Source: Gammaproteobacteria bacterium (GTDB lineage Bacteria > Pseudomonadota > Gammaproteobacteria > Steroidobacterales > Foliamicaceae). From it: a DNA stretch of 64,000 bases. The stretch is from NCBI GenBank assembly GCA_009844425.1, contig VYBN01000003.1, forward strand, positions 24,435 to 88,434. The letters run 5' to 3'. The notes below the pieces were generated by a model, which was given only the letters and a program-made list of their open reading frames with translations, did no database searches and was not told the origin of the DNA. Shown one piece after another: positions 56,598 to 64,000 of the stretch. The number at the start of each line of letters is the position of its first letter. Position 1 is the first letter of the stretch. The position numbers were made by a program, and so were the translations under genes.

Positions 56598-57651
56598 CGT
56601 AGTGATCGACAAGATGGCCTCGGTCGCCTCGGGCCTGGACCTGGGGCGCGAATTGCGCGTGGGCGAGAGCATTCCCGGCGAGGAAGGCGTGATCGTGGCC
56701 GTGGAAGTCCTGAATGACAAATCCTCGTATAACCGGCTGGAACTGGCCAGCGGCCGCATGGCGCGCGTACGCAGCGGCGATATCGTGGTGGGCGCCCTCG
56801 GTCACCGCAAGGCCCTGTTCGGCTACTCCGGCCACCTGCCGGAGACCGTAAAGCGCGGCGACGTGCTGCAGTTGCTCAACATTGGCGGCGTGATAGGCGT
56901 GTGCGACTCCGTCAACGCCACAATGGGTTCGCCCTTTGACGTGCGCGTTCTGGGCGTGGTGCTGGAGTTCCCGTACCTGGGCCAACGGGTCGGCGTGCCC
57001 GCGCGGGTCGGCGGACAGGCGCTGGATGGCGAAGGCCCGGGCGAACTGAACCTGGGGGGCGTTCCGGTCGTGGCCCTGGCCGGAACCTGCATGAACTCGG
57101 GCAAGACCGCGGCAGCCTGTGCGATTATCGGCCGGCTGCGGCACGAGGGTTACGTGGTGGACGCCTTCAAGGCCACCGGCGTATCGCTGCGCCGGGACAT
57201 TCTGGCGATGGAAGACGCCGGCGCACGCAATACCGCGATCTTCACCGATTTCGGGATTGTCAGCACGGCGCCGGAGAACGCGCCGGCGCTGGTGCGTTCG
57301 ATGCTGCGGCAGATGGCGGCGGCAGCGCCCGACGTGATCCTGTTCGAGTTGGGTGACGGCATACTGGGCGCCTATGGCGTGGAGGCCATCCTCGCCGACG
57401 AGGGGATACGCTCGTCCATTTCCTGCCTGCTGCTTTGCGCCAGCGATCCCGTCGCCGCCTGGGGCGGGGCCCGGCTGCTCAAGGATCTTTACGGGATCGA
57501 GGTGGCCGCCGTTACCGGTCCGGCCACGGACAACCAGGTGGGACTGGACATCCTGGGGCAGCGAGTCGGCGTGCCGGGCTATAACGCGCTAACGCAAAGC
57601 GCGGAGCTCGGCGAGTTCGTGGCCCGCAACGTCTCGCTGGGGCGGCTGTGA
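56590..57651 (+). CDS. uncharacterised P-loop protein (GTxxxxGKT, BioD/CobQ/DUF1611-like spacing) embedded in the arg operon
   Basis: 353 aa. The ATG follows GGGAGGTG and overlaps the argG end by 8 nt. The TGA overlaps the argC GTG. The only motif I recognise is LAGTCMNSGKTAAA. Confidence 0.8.
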   Translation: MRSVVIDKMASVASGLDLGRELRVGESIPGEEGVIVAVEVLNDKSSYNRLELASGRMARVRSGDIVVGALGHRKALFGYSGHLPETVKRGDVLQLLNIGGVIGVCDSVNATMGSPFDVRVLGVVLEFPYLGQRVGVPARVGGQALDGEGPGELNLGGVPVVALAGTCMNSGKTAAACAIIGRLRHEGYVVDAFKATGVSLRRDILAMEDAGARNTAIFTDFGIVSTAPENAPALVRSMLRQMAAAAPDVILFELGDGILGAYGVEAILADEGIRSSISCLLLCASDPVAAWGGARLLKDLYGIEVAAVTGPATDNQVGLDILGQRVGVPGYNALTQSAELGEFVARNVSLGRL

Positions 57652-58697
57652 ACATTCCGGCCGTAATTCTGGGCGCTTCCGGGTACGTGGCGGGCGAACT
57701 GCTGCGCATCCTCGCCGGTCATCCGGACTTCCATATCGCCGGGGCGATTTCGGAAAGCAACGCGGGCAAGCCGGTGGAATCCGTGTTTCCCAACCTCACG
57801 GGCATCTGGCCGGAGTTCCGCTTCCGGCCCTTCTCCGAGCTGGGCGAGGTGCTCGGGGAGCGTTGCGCGGTTTTTTCCTGCGCTCCGCATGGCGCTAGCG
57901 CGGGTCTGATCGCGGCGGCGCTGAAGGTGGCCGACGACAGGGGCGCCCGGGTCCGCATCGTGGACGCTTCGGCGGACTTTCGCTTCGCCGACGCGGATGC
58001 GTACGAGCAGGTGTACGGCGCAGGCCACGGCGCACCGGAACTGCTGTCCTCGTTCTCCTGCGCCCTGCCGGAACATCGCGCGCAGGCCGCCACTCGCCAT
58101 ATCGGCCATCCCGGCTGTTTCGCCAGCGCATTGCTGCTGGCGTCGGTGCCCCTGATGCGCCACGGGCTCACCGCCACGCCCTTGTTCGCCAGCGGCGTTA
58201 CCGGCAGCACGGGCGCCGGCAAACAGCCTCTTCCGACCACTCATCATCCGGTCCGGCATTCCAATATGTTCGCCTATCGCCCACTGAAGCACCGGCACGC
58301 GCCGGAAGTCGAAGCCGTGTGCGAGGCGGTGAGCGGAGTGCGGCCGGACCTGCGTTTCGTGCCGCACTCGGGGCCGTTCGCGCGCGGCATTTACATGACG
58401 ATGCAGGCGGGGCTCAAGCAGTCCGTCAACGCGGAGCAGCTCAGGGAGGCCTTTGCGGATACCTATGCCGGAGCTCCGTTCGTGCACGTGATCGACGGGG
58501 CGCCGAAGCTCAAGGACGTGGTTGGAGGAAACCATGCTCATATCGGGCTCACTGCGGACCGGGGATCGGTGGCCGTATTCGTGGTTCTGGACAACCTCGT
58601 CAAGGGCGCGGCCGGCGGCGCCGTGCAATGGATGAATCGCCTGTATGGTCTTGAGGAAACCGCGGGCCTTGCGGCCGCGGGGCCGGCGTGGACGTGA
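57648..58697 (+). CDS. argC: N-acetyl-gamma-glutamyl-phosphate reductase
   Basis: VILGASGYVAGELLRIL (NAD-binding) and the active-site Cys context GHPGCFASA. Confidence 0.9.
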   Translation: MNIPAVILGASGYVAGELLRILAGHPDFHIAGAISESNAGKPVESVFPNLTGIWPEFRFRPFSELGEVLGERCAVFSCAPHGASAGLIAAALKVADDRGARVRIVDASADFRFADADAYEQVYGAGHGAPELLSSFSCALPEHRAQAATRHIGHPGCFASALLLASVPLMRHGLTATPLFASGVTGSTGAGKQPLPTTHHPVRHSNMFAYRPLKHRHAPEVEAVCEAVSGVRPDLRFVPHSGPFARGIYMTMQAGLKQSVNAEQLREAFADTYAGAPFVHVIDGAPKLKDVVGGNHAHIGLTADRGSVAVFVVLDNLVKGAAGGAVQWMNRLYGLEETAGLAAAGPAWT

Positions 58698-59899
58698 GCG
58701 TCGCGTCACGGACCGCGGCCGCCGCCGATGTGCGCGGCGCCGAGGCAGCGCACCTGGCCCAGGTGTACGCGCAATTTCCGTTCGAGGTCGTGTCGGGCGA
58801 CGGCGCTTACCTCAACTGCGCCGATGGCCGCCGCTTGCTGGACCTGTACGGCGGGCACGCGGTATGCGCCCTCGGCTACGGGCATCCGCGGCTTACGCAG
58901 ACCATCCGGCGGCAGGCCGGCGAGCTGCTGTTCGCCAGCAACGCGGTGGCTTTGCGCGTTCGGGCGCGAGCGGCCGACAAGCTCGCGGAGTTCGCTCCGC
59001 CGGGGCTTGATCGGGTTTTCTTCGTCAATTCGGGGGCGGAAGCCAACGAGAACGCGCTGCGCCTGGCCTGCAAGCTCACGGGGCGGTCGCGCGTGGTCGC
59101 CCTGGAGCACGGTTTTCACGGCCGCACCGCGGCCGCCGGCGCGGTCACCTGGGGGGCGCGGGAGCGCTGGTACGGGTTTCCGAATACGCCTTTCGACGTG
59201 GCCTTCGCGCCTCGCGACAACGCCGCTGCCGTGGTCTCGCACATCGACGGCGAAACCGCCGCGGTCATTCTCGAGCCCATACAGGGCCTCGCGGGCGCGT
59301 TCGCCCTGAGCGACGACTTTCTGCGCGACGTGCGCGCCGCCTGCGACAGGCACGGCGCGTTTCTGATCGCCGATGAGGTGCAGTGCGGTATGGGCCGAAG
59401 TGGCCTGCCGTTCGCCGTAATGCATTCGGGCGTGGCGCCGGACATGATCACTGCCGCCAAGTCCCTGGGCGCGGGCTTTCCCTGCGCGGCGCTGCTGATG
59501 CGCGAGGAAGTCGCGACCCAGCTCGTCGTCGGCGACCTGGGCACTACCTTCGGCGGCGGTCCGCTGGCCTGCGCGGCCATCGAGGCAGTGCTGGACGCGA
59601 TGGAAGAGGAACAACTTCCGGCGCAGGCCGCGGAGCGCGAGCGGCAGATCCGCTCGACCTGCATCGCGGGTCCGGTTGAGGCGATCGACGGACGCGGACT
59701 GCTGCTGGGACTGAAATGCGCCGGCGGCGCGCGGCCGGTTCGAGACGACCTGCTTGCGGCCGACATTCTTGCCGGGACCAGCGCGCTGCCCGAATGGTTG
59801 CGCCTGATGCCCCCGCTTAACCTGCGCGAAAAAGAGGCGGCGCTACTGGCCGCCGCCGTGCATCAACTCGGCTCTTGTCAGGAGCAGGCAAATGAGTGA
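58688..59899 (+). CDS. argD: acetylornithine-type class-III aminotransferase
   Basis: GHAVCALGYGHP, FFVNSGAEANE, DEVQCGMGRSG and TAAKSLG (PLP Lys) motifs. The start is GTG at 58688 or 58694. Confidence 0.9.
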   Translation: MDVSVASRTAAAADVRGAEAAHLAQVYAQFPFEVVSGDGAYLNCADGRRLLDLYGGHAVCALGYGHPRLTQTIRRQAGELLFASNAVALRVRARAADKLAEFAPPGLDRVFFVNSGAEANENALRLACKLTGRSRVVALEHGFHGRTAAAGAVTWGARERWYGFPNTPFDVAFAPRDNAAAVVSHIDGETAAVILEPIQGLAGAFALSDDFLRDVRAACDRHGAFLIADEVQCGMGRSGLPFAVMHSGVAPDMITAAKSLGAGFPCAALLMREEVATQLVVGDLGTTFGGGPLACAAIEAVLDAMEEEQLPAQAAERERQIRSTCIAGPVEAIDGRGLLLGLKCAGGARPVRDDLLAADILAGTSALPEWLRLMPPLNLREKEAALLAAAVHQLGSCQEQANE

Positions 59900-60908
59900 C
59901 ATCCAACGATTCGACGACCTCGCGGACTTTTCGCCCGAGCAGATAGCGGCGCTTCTGGCCCTGGCCGGCCGGCTGGAGAAGCATCCGGAACCGGAGGCCC
60001 TGAAAGGCAAGGTGCTGTCGCTGCTGTTTCTGAATCCATCGCTCCGAACGCTGGCTTCGTTTCAGGCTTCCATGACTCGCCTTGGCGGGGGGGCGTTCGT
60101 GATCTCGCCGGAAATGTCCATCCACGGGCTGGAGACGCGGCCTGGAATCGTGATGGACGGCGCCGCGGCCGAGCACGTCAAGGAAGCCGTGCCGGTGATC
60201 GCCTCGTACGGCGACGCGCTGGGCTTGCGGGCGTTCGCCGAACGCCGCGACCTGGTGGAGGACCTGGAAGACCGCGAGTATCGGAGCATGGCTGAGCTGG
60301 TTTCAACGCCCCTGATCAACATGGAGTCGGCCATCAACCATCCCTGCCAGAGCCTGGCCGACTGGAAGACCATGGACGACCTCGGCGCCCCGGTTTCTGG
60401 GGGCAAGTTCGTCCTGAGCTGGGCCTACCATCCGCTCGCGCTTCCGCTTGCCGTGCCGGCCGCCACGATCCAGATGGCGGCCATGCGCGGAATGGACGTG
60501 ACCGTGCTACGCCCGGAGGGGTTCGAGCTGCCGCCCCAGGTCATGGACAAGGCCCGCACGCTGGCCGGGCGTTCCGGGGGGTCGGTCAGTGAAACGGACA
60601 ACCGTGCGGAGGCGCTTGACGGCGCTCACGTCCTGTACGCCAAGTCCTGGAGTTCGACGGTCCATTACGGCGACAAGCACGAGGACTACCAGTTGCGCAA
60701 CCGGCACGAGGACTGGTGCGTCGACGAAGACTGGTTCGCACCGGCCGAAGAGGACTGCCGGTTCATGCACTGCCTTCCGGTGCGTCGCAACGTGGTGGTG
60801 AGCGAGGCGGTGCTGGACGGGCCGCGCAGCGTAGTGGTGCCGGAAGCGCGCAACCGGATGTGGGTGCAGATGGCCGTGCTCTACGCGATGCTGGGGCCGG
60901 GCCTGTGA
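59892..60908 (+). CDS. argF: non-canonical (N-acyl-ornithine type, ArgF'-like) carbamoyltransferase
   Basis: It has HPCQSLAD and FMHCLPVRRN. It reads NPSLRTLAS where canonical OTC has STRTR, and YAKSWSS where canonical OTC has DxWxSMG. Confidence 0.75.
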   Translation: MSDIQRFDDLADFSPEQIAALLALAGRLEKHPEPEALKGKVLSLLFLNPSLRTLASFQASMTRLGGGAFVISPEMSIHGLETRPGIVMDGAAAEHVKEAVPVIASYGDALGLRAFAERRDLVEDLEDREYRSMAELVSTPLINMESAINHPCQSLADWKTMDDLGAPVSGGKFVLSWAYHPLALPLAVPAATIQMAAMRGMDVTVLRPEGFELPPQVMDKARTLAGRSGGSVSETDNRAEALDGAHVLYAKSWSSTVHYGDKHEDYQLRNRHEDWCVDEDWFAPAEEDCRFMHCLPVRRNVVVSEAVLDGPRSVVVPEARNRMWVQMAVLYAMLGPGL

Positions 60909-61840
60909 ACCGTTCTCGTCCCAGCGGCACCGGCTTCGGCGCGCTGCGCGCAGCGGCGCCGTACCTGCGGCTGTACCGCGGCCGCGTTTTCGTCGTGAAG
61001 CTGGGCGGCGAGGTGTTGAGCCGCAGCAGCCGCATAGAGGCACTGGTCGAGCAGGCCGGGGTCCTGCAGGCGCTGGGCGTGCGCGTGGTGATTGTGCACG
61101 GCGGAGGACCGCAGTCGACCGAATTGACCGAGCGCCTCAAACACAAGGCGCGCATGGTGGCCGGCCGCCGCGTAACCGGGCCGGAGGACCTGAAGGTGGC
61201 CTCGTACGTGCTCAACGGCGAGGTCAACACGCAATTGCTCGCCGCCTGCCGGGCCTGCGGTATCCCCGCGGTCGGCCTGTCCGGGGTCGACGCCGGCCTT
61301 GTGACGGCCCATCGCCGGCCGCCGGTGAAGATGGAAGGCGCCGGCGGCGAGCCGGTGGATTTCGGTTTTGTGGGAGATATCGACGAAGTCGAGCCGGCGG
61401 TCCTCGATCTCGTACTCGGGCAAGGCCTGATTCCGGTCGTAAGCCCGCTATCGGCCGACGGAGAGGGCAACCTGCTGAATATCAATGCGGACACCGTGGC
61501 CGCTTCGCTGGCGGTCGCCATCAAGGCGGAGAAGCTGGTTCTCACGATGGCCGCGCCGGGCATACTCGAGGATCGTTCCGATCCGTCCACGCTGCTGTCG
61601 TATCTTGATCTCGCCGGATTGCGCAAGCTGCGCGAGCAGGGATCGCTGGGCGACGGCATGCTGCCCAAGGCCACGGCCATCGAATGCGCCATCACGGGCG
61701 GCGTTCCGCGGGTTCACCTGGTGTCCGGAAGCACGCAGGACGCGTTGCTGCGCGAAGTATTCACCAACGAAGGATGCGGAACGCTGGTCGTGCGCAGCAT
61801 CGATGCGCTCTCCGCGGCGGAGCAGGAGGCGGCGAAGTAA
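60905..61840 (+). CDS. argB: acetylglutamate kinase (kinase domain only)
   Basis: The GTG start overlaps the argF' stop (GTGA). VVKLGGEV, VIVHGGGPQ and NINADTVA motifs. 311 aa with no GNAT extension. Confidence 0.9.
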   Translation: MNRSRPSGTGFGALRAAAPYLRLYRGRVFVVKLGGEVLSRSSRIEALVEQAGVLQALGVRVVIVHGGGPQSTELTERLKHKARMVAGRRVTGPEDLKVASYVLNGEVNTQLLAACRACGIPAVGLSGVDAGLVTAHRRPPVKMEGAGGEPVDFGFVGDIDEVEPAVLDLVLGQGLIPVVSPLSADGEGNLLNINADTVAASLAVAIKAEKLVLTMAAPGILEDRSDPSTLLSYLDLAGLRKLREQGSLGDGMLPKATAIECAITGGVPRVHLVSGSTQDALLREVFTNEGCGTLVVRSIDALSAAEQEAAK

Positions 61841-63033
61841 TGACGCGCCTGTGGGACAAGGGCGGCAAGCTGGACCAAACGGTCCTGCGCTATACGGCCG
61901 GCGAGGACCATGTCCTGGACGCGCGCCTGGTCGAGTACGACGTGAAGGCCTCGATCGCGCACGCCGGCATGTTGCATGCTGCAGGCTACCTGACGGACGA
62001 GGATCACGCCGCGATCGTCGACGGTCTGGCAGAACTGGCCGCCGGTCACGCGGCCGGGGCCTGGGCCATATCGCTGGAAGAGGAAGACGTGCATACGGCC
62101 CTCGAACGGCGCCTTGTAGCGCGGATCGGCGACGCCGGCGCCCGCGTGCACCTGGGACGTTCGCGCAACGACCAGGTGCTGGCGGCCCTGCGCCTGTATC
62201 TCAAGGACGCCGCTTCGTCCCTGCGGAAGGCTGCCGAGGCGGTGGCCGACGCGCTGGACGAACTTGGTGGGAGCCAGGGTGAACTGCCGCTGCCCGGTTA
62301 CACGCACATGCAGCAGGCCATGCCGAGCAGCGTAGCCTTATGGGCGGGGGCCTATGCAGCGGAACTGCGCGACGACGCGTCCGGTTTTCGGTCCGCCGTG
62401 CGCCGACTGGACCGCAACCCGCTCGGCAGCGCCGCGGGCTTCGGCGCGCCCGGGCTGAAGCTGGATCGTGAACACACCCGCAAGGCCCTTGGTTTCGCCG
62501 AAGTGCATGAGCCGGTCACGGCCGTGCAGCTATCGCGCGGCAAGGCCGAAGCCGGGCTGGCGTTCGAATGCGCGCTGCTGGTCCAGGACCTGGGCCGGCT
62601 TGCCGGCGACCTCCTGCTGTTTTACACGCAGGAGTTTGCGCTCGTTGACCTGGCGCCGGAAGTGACCACCGGCTCGTCCATCATGCCCCAGAAGCGTAAT
62701 GCCGACGCCCTGGAGCTGGTGCGCGCCGCCGGCGCTACCGTGCGCGCTTCCTTGCTGGAAATCCTTGGCATTCCCGCATCGCTGCCTTCCGGGTATCAGC
62801 GCGACCTGCAGCGCATCAAGGCGCCGCTGTTCCGCACCATCGATCTTGCCGGCGAAAGCTGCCATGTCGTTTGCCGTATAGTGCGCGCTTTGCGCTTCAA
62901 CCCGGAACGCTGCGGGGAACTGACATCGGCCCGGGGCCTGCGCGCCGCCGAGCGCGCCAACCGGCTGGCGGTGGAGCAGGGATTGAGTTTTCGCGAAGCG
63001 TACCGGCAGGTGGCGGAGCAGGAGAAAGAGTGA
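61840..63033 (+). CDS. argH: argininosuccinate lyase (C-terminally short)
   Basis: The ATG overlaps the argB TAA by 1 nt. The fumarate-lyase signature GSSIMPQKRN lies at residues 278-287. The product is only 397 aa. Confidence 0.85.
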   Translation: MTRLWDKGGKLDQTVLRYTAGEDHVLDARLVEYDVKASIAHAGMLHAAGYLTDEDHAAIVDGLAELAAGHAAGAWAISLEEEDVHTALERRLVARIGDAGARVHLGRSRNDQVLAALRLYLKDAASSLRKAAEAVADALDELGGSQGELPLPGYTHMQQAMPSSVALWAGAYAAELRDDASGFRSAVRRLDRNPLGSAAGFGAPGLKLDREHTRKALGFAEVHEPVTAVQLSRGKAEAGLAFECALLVQDLGRLAGDLLLFYTQEFALVDLAPEVTTGSSIMPQKRNADALELVRAAGATVRASLLEILGIPASLPSGYQRDLQRIKAPLFRTIDLAGESCHVVCRIVRALRFNPERCGELTSARGLRAAERANRLAVEQGLSFREAYRQVAEQEKE

Positions 63034-63482
63034 GCGGCAGAATATGGCACCCCAGGGCGTTCGATCGTCCCGAGCAGCTCAACGCCCTGGAGAAGGACCG
63101 GATGCTGGGACATCTGGGCGTGGAGATTGTCGAGATCGGCGACGACTACCTGCGCGCCCGCATGCCCGTGGACTATCGCACCCAGCAGCCGTTCGGGTTG
63201 CTGCACGGCGGCGCCTCGGCGGTCCTGGCGGAATCGGTCGGAAGCTGGTCGTCCTACCTCACGACGCCTCCCGGCGAGTACCAGGTCCTCGGCCTGGAAA
63301 TAAACGTCAGCCACCTGCGCCCGGCGAAATCGGGTTACGTGTACGGCACAGCCCGCCCGGTGCGGCTCGGCAGCGTGGTACACGTCTGGGACATACGGAT
63401 CACCGACGAAGCGGACGTTCTGCTCAGCGTTTCCAGGCTGGCGACTTCCGTTCGTCCGCTTAAGCAATCTGGCGCGTCATAA
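63030..63482 (+). CDS. hotdog-fold (PaaI/YbdB-type) thioesterase
   Basis: GTG at 63030 overlaps the argH TGA (GTGA). LGVEIVEIGDDYLRARMPVD...GLLHGGASAVLAES is the PaaI-family pattern. Confidence 0.8.
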   Translation: MSGRIWHPRAFDRPEQLNALEKDRMLGHLGVEIVEIGDDYLRARMPVDYRTQQPFGLLHGGASAVLAESVGSWSSYLTTPPGEYQVLGLEINVSHLRPAKSGYVYGTARPVRLGSVVHVWDIRITDEADVLLSVSRLATSVRPLKQSGAS

Positions 63483-63511
63483 CCTTGCGCGCGCCCAAGA
63501 GGGAGAAGCTC

Positions 63512-63832
63512 GTGAAGAAATTACTCGTTGTCGCCTGCGCGGCCCAGCAGTCCGCGCTGCAATCCGCGGATGCCGATCCGGACGCGCAGCAGGCGCAGGC
63601 ATCCGAAGACTCGGCCGCCGCACGCCGGGAGCAGCGGCGCAAGAGCGATCAGACGTACGTGACCTCGCTGGAACGCAGGGACAAGACGGGCTCCCGCATC
63701 AATCGCGTCCGCCGCAGGGGCGAGCCGGAAGAGGACACTACCGCCGGCAAACGCGTCGAAACCATTAGCCGGGAAGAGCTTGAGGACATGGAGGAAAGGG
63801 GCGGGACCGTAGTGATAGGCGGCGAAGGCTAG
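63512..63832 (+). CDS. small hypothetical lipoprotein
   Basis: GTG at 63512 after GGGAGAAG. (M)KKLLVVAC is a lipobox-like signal. The mature part is charged and low-complexity. Confidence 0.5.
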   Translation: MKKLLVVACAAQQSALQSADADPDAQQAQASEDSAAARREQRRKSDQTYVTSLERRDKTGSRINRVRRRGEPEEDTTAGKRVETISREELEDMEERGGTVVIGGEG

Positions 63833-63855
63833 CCCGCATACTTCACCAGCGTAAG

Positions 63856-63951
63856 CTCGGCACTTGCCCCCTCCTCGCGGGAGCGTTGGAGCAGGGATAG
63901 CGAGAATCGAGCCAGGATGGCGACTCCAGCGAGGAGGGGGCAAGTGCCGAG
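63856..63951. repeat. B1-core hairpin in inverted orientation with a different stem
   Basis: Arms 63856-63878 and 63929-63951 are perfect (23 bp). The reverse complement of the loop is TGGAGTCGCCATCCTGGCTCGATTCTCGCTATCCCTGCTCCAACGCTCCC, which is the B1 core. Confidence 0.85.
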
Positions 63952-64000
63952 CGAGGAAACACGGAAAGACGCCGCGAAATACTCCCGGAAGAAGGGGGCC

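Noticed and set aside
63983-64000. CTCCCGGAAGAAGGGGG at the window edge, identical to the start of the right arm of the 48.9-kb A-family hairpin.
   Set aside because: It is truncated by the end of the window and is not preceded by the A core here, so it cannot be classified.

Overview
High-G+C chromosomal segment of proteobacterial type (about two-thirds G+C by eye, not computed). It is densely coding: about 60 protein-coding genes, and I found no rRNA, tRNA or CRISPR. Backbone operons: cysQ; a GPH-type transporter with hpaH-hpaI; ppk2; aapJQM; ctaA-ctaB-SDR-aapP; htpX-copA-TonB receptor; a CrtI-like oxidoreductase with a nitrilase-superfamily hydrolase; sugar-acid genes (kdgK, manD, aldehyde dehydrogenase); ilvC and ilvD-ilvB-ilvN; mutM; rsmD-coaD-ggt; ftsEX. 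There is also a codon-overlapped arginine operon, argR-argG-X-argC-argD-argF'-argB-argH-thioesterase. X is an unplaced P-loop protein, and no argA/argJ/argE is present in the cluster. Two accessory islands look AT-richer than their flanks. Island (i), 5.9-12.8 kb: a HEPN-motif protein, a DUF2335 membrane protein, a Type III R-M system (mod, res) and higBA. Island (ii), 35.3-38.6 kb: a Phd/VapC toxin-antitoxin pair, a coiled-coil protein interrupted by an in-frame TAG, and an HNH_2 nuclease with an unrecognised ~290-aa N-terminal domain. The most unusual non-coding signal is in the intergenic spacers. Almost every spacer longer than ~60 bp carries long perfect hairpins from a few families. In these, a ~50-nt apical core is conserved between loci, in either orientation, while the 23-30-bp stems differ between loci yet stay perfectly self-complementary. 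All functional calls come from motif recognition by eye; no database search or computation was possible.
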